A stretch of 64,000 nucleotides of DNA from contig CAWJIM010000018.1 in the NCBI GenBank assembly GCA_963842945.1, positions 1 through 64,000 of the forward strand, read 5' to 3'. The translations under genes and the position numbers were made by a program. This DNA comes from an uncultured Gemmatimonadales bacterium (GTDB lineage: Bacteria; Gemmatimonadota; Gemmatimonadetes; Gemmatimonadales; GWC2-71-9). Below the pieces are notes generated by a model, which was given only the letters and a program-made list of their open reading frames with translations, searched no databases and had not been told where the DNA came from. Of the stretch, positions 63,503-64,000 are shown piece after piece. Within the stretch, counting starts at the first letter, position 1. Each line of letters opens with the position of its first letter.

Positions 63503-64000
63503 ATGCTCCGCTTCGCCAGCGCTCTCCTTCTCACTCTGCTCCTCACCACGCGAATCTCGGCCCAGGGTCCGGGCACCAAGTTCGCGGGTCTCATCGGCGG
63601 AGCAACCCTGAGTGACATCTCCAACCTGCCTGGAGTCGGGGACGACCGCTGGGGCGGGACCGCCGGCATCTTTGGCGGAGTCAACGCGGGGCCGACCGCC
63701 GTGACCCTGGAGGCCAACTGGATCCAGAAGGGCGGCGGCGACACCAAGCTGAGCTATATCGAGTTTCCCCTCACCATAGGCGCCATCTTGGCGCCGGAAG
63801 GGAAAACCTACCGGGCGCGGGTCTACTCCGGGGTCAGCTTCGGCTTCAAGGTCGATTGCAACTGTGAGAACGCCAAGGGCAGCGAGTGGGGCTGGCCGCT
63901 GGGCCTTCAGATCGCCAAAGTGACCAATACCGGGAAGTTCTTCGGCTTCGACGTCAAGTACACCTGGCCCCTATCTGACGCGTTCGAGTTCGCCGAGGCT
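63503..64000 (+). CDS. Outer-membrane beta-barrel/porin-family protein (3'-partial)
   Basis: MLRFASALLLTLLLTTRISAQ...GGATLS...LEANWIQKG...KLSYIEFPL; frame open to the window end. Confidence 0.7.
   Translation, partial: MLRFASALLLTLLLTTRISAQGPGTKFAGLIGGATLSDISNLPGVGDDRWGGTAGIFGGVNAGPTAVTLEANWIQKGGGDTKLSYIEFPLTIGAILAPEGKTYRARVYSGVSFGFKVDCNCENAKGSEWGWPLGLQIAKVTNTGKFFGFDVKYTWPLSDAFEFAEA

Noticed and set aside
47..64000. Many long overlapping or antisense Arg/Pro/Ala-rich ORFs
   Set aside because: These are shadow ORFs expected at high GC; they lack motifs and overlap well-supported genes.
48895..64000. Genomic island or prophage
   Set aside because: There are no mobility or phage genes, the content is ordinary chromosomal, and both junction genes are cut mid-frame, which favours a chimera.

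Overview
The window joins two unrelated bacterial segments at about 48,895. The left segment (1 to ~48,895) is very GC-rich and actinobacterial, probably Thermoleophilia/Gaiella-like (inferred). It carries ctaD-ctaB, a pentose-phosphate cluster (rpiB-tal-hydrolase-pgi-gnd-zwf-opcA plus two convergent transketolases), an ABC-F protein, a PdtaS/PdtaR-like ANTAR two-component pair beside glnA, a glnII-GNAT-PII-amtB operon, and the fhaA-fhaB-pstP-rodA-pbpA-pknB cluster, which is cut off inside pknB. The right segment (~48,895 to 64,000) has a different codon style and diderm genes (outer-membrane beta-barrels, a lipoprotein, long NagB, gdhA, a GxxExxY remnant), suggesting Gemmatimonadota. Many genes carry single-base frameshifts typical of noisy long-read consensus, most densely at ~20.3-29.5 kb, so those coordinates are approximate. 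The best biological signal is a candidate ANTAR antitermination regulon for nitrogen assimilation. Both glutamine synthetase leaders contain the same GAGGC-N6-GCCTC hairpin overlapping an intrinsic terminator, and the cognate ANTAR regulator and kinase are encoded nearby. No rRNA, tRNA or CRISPR array was seen.
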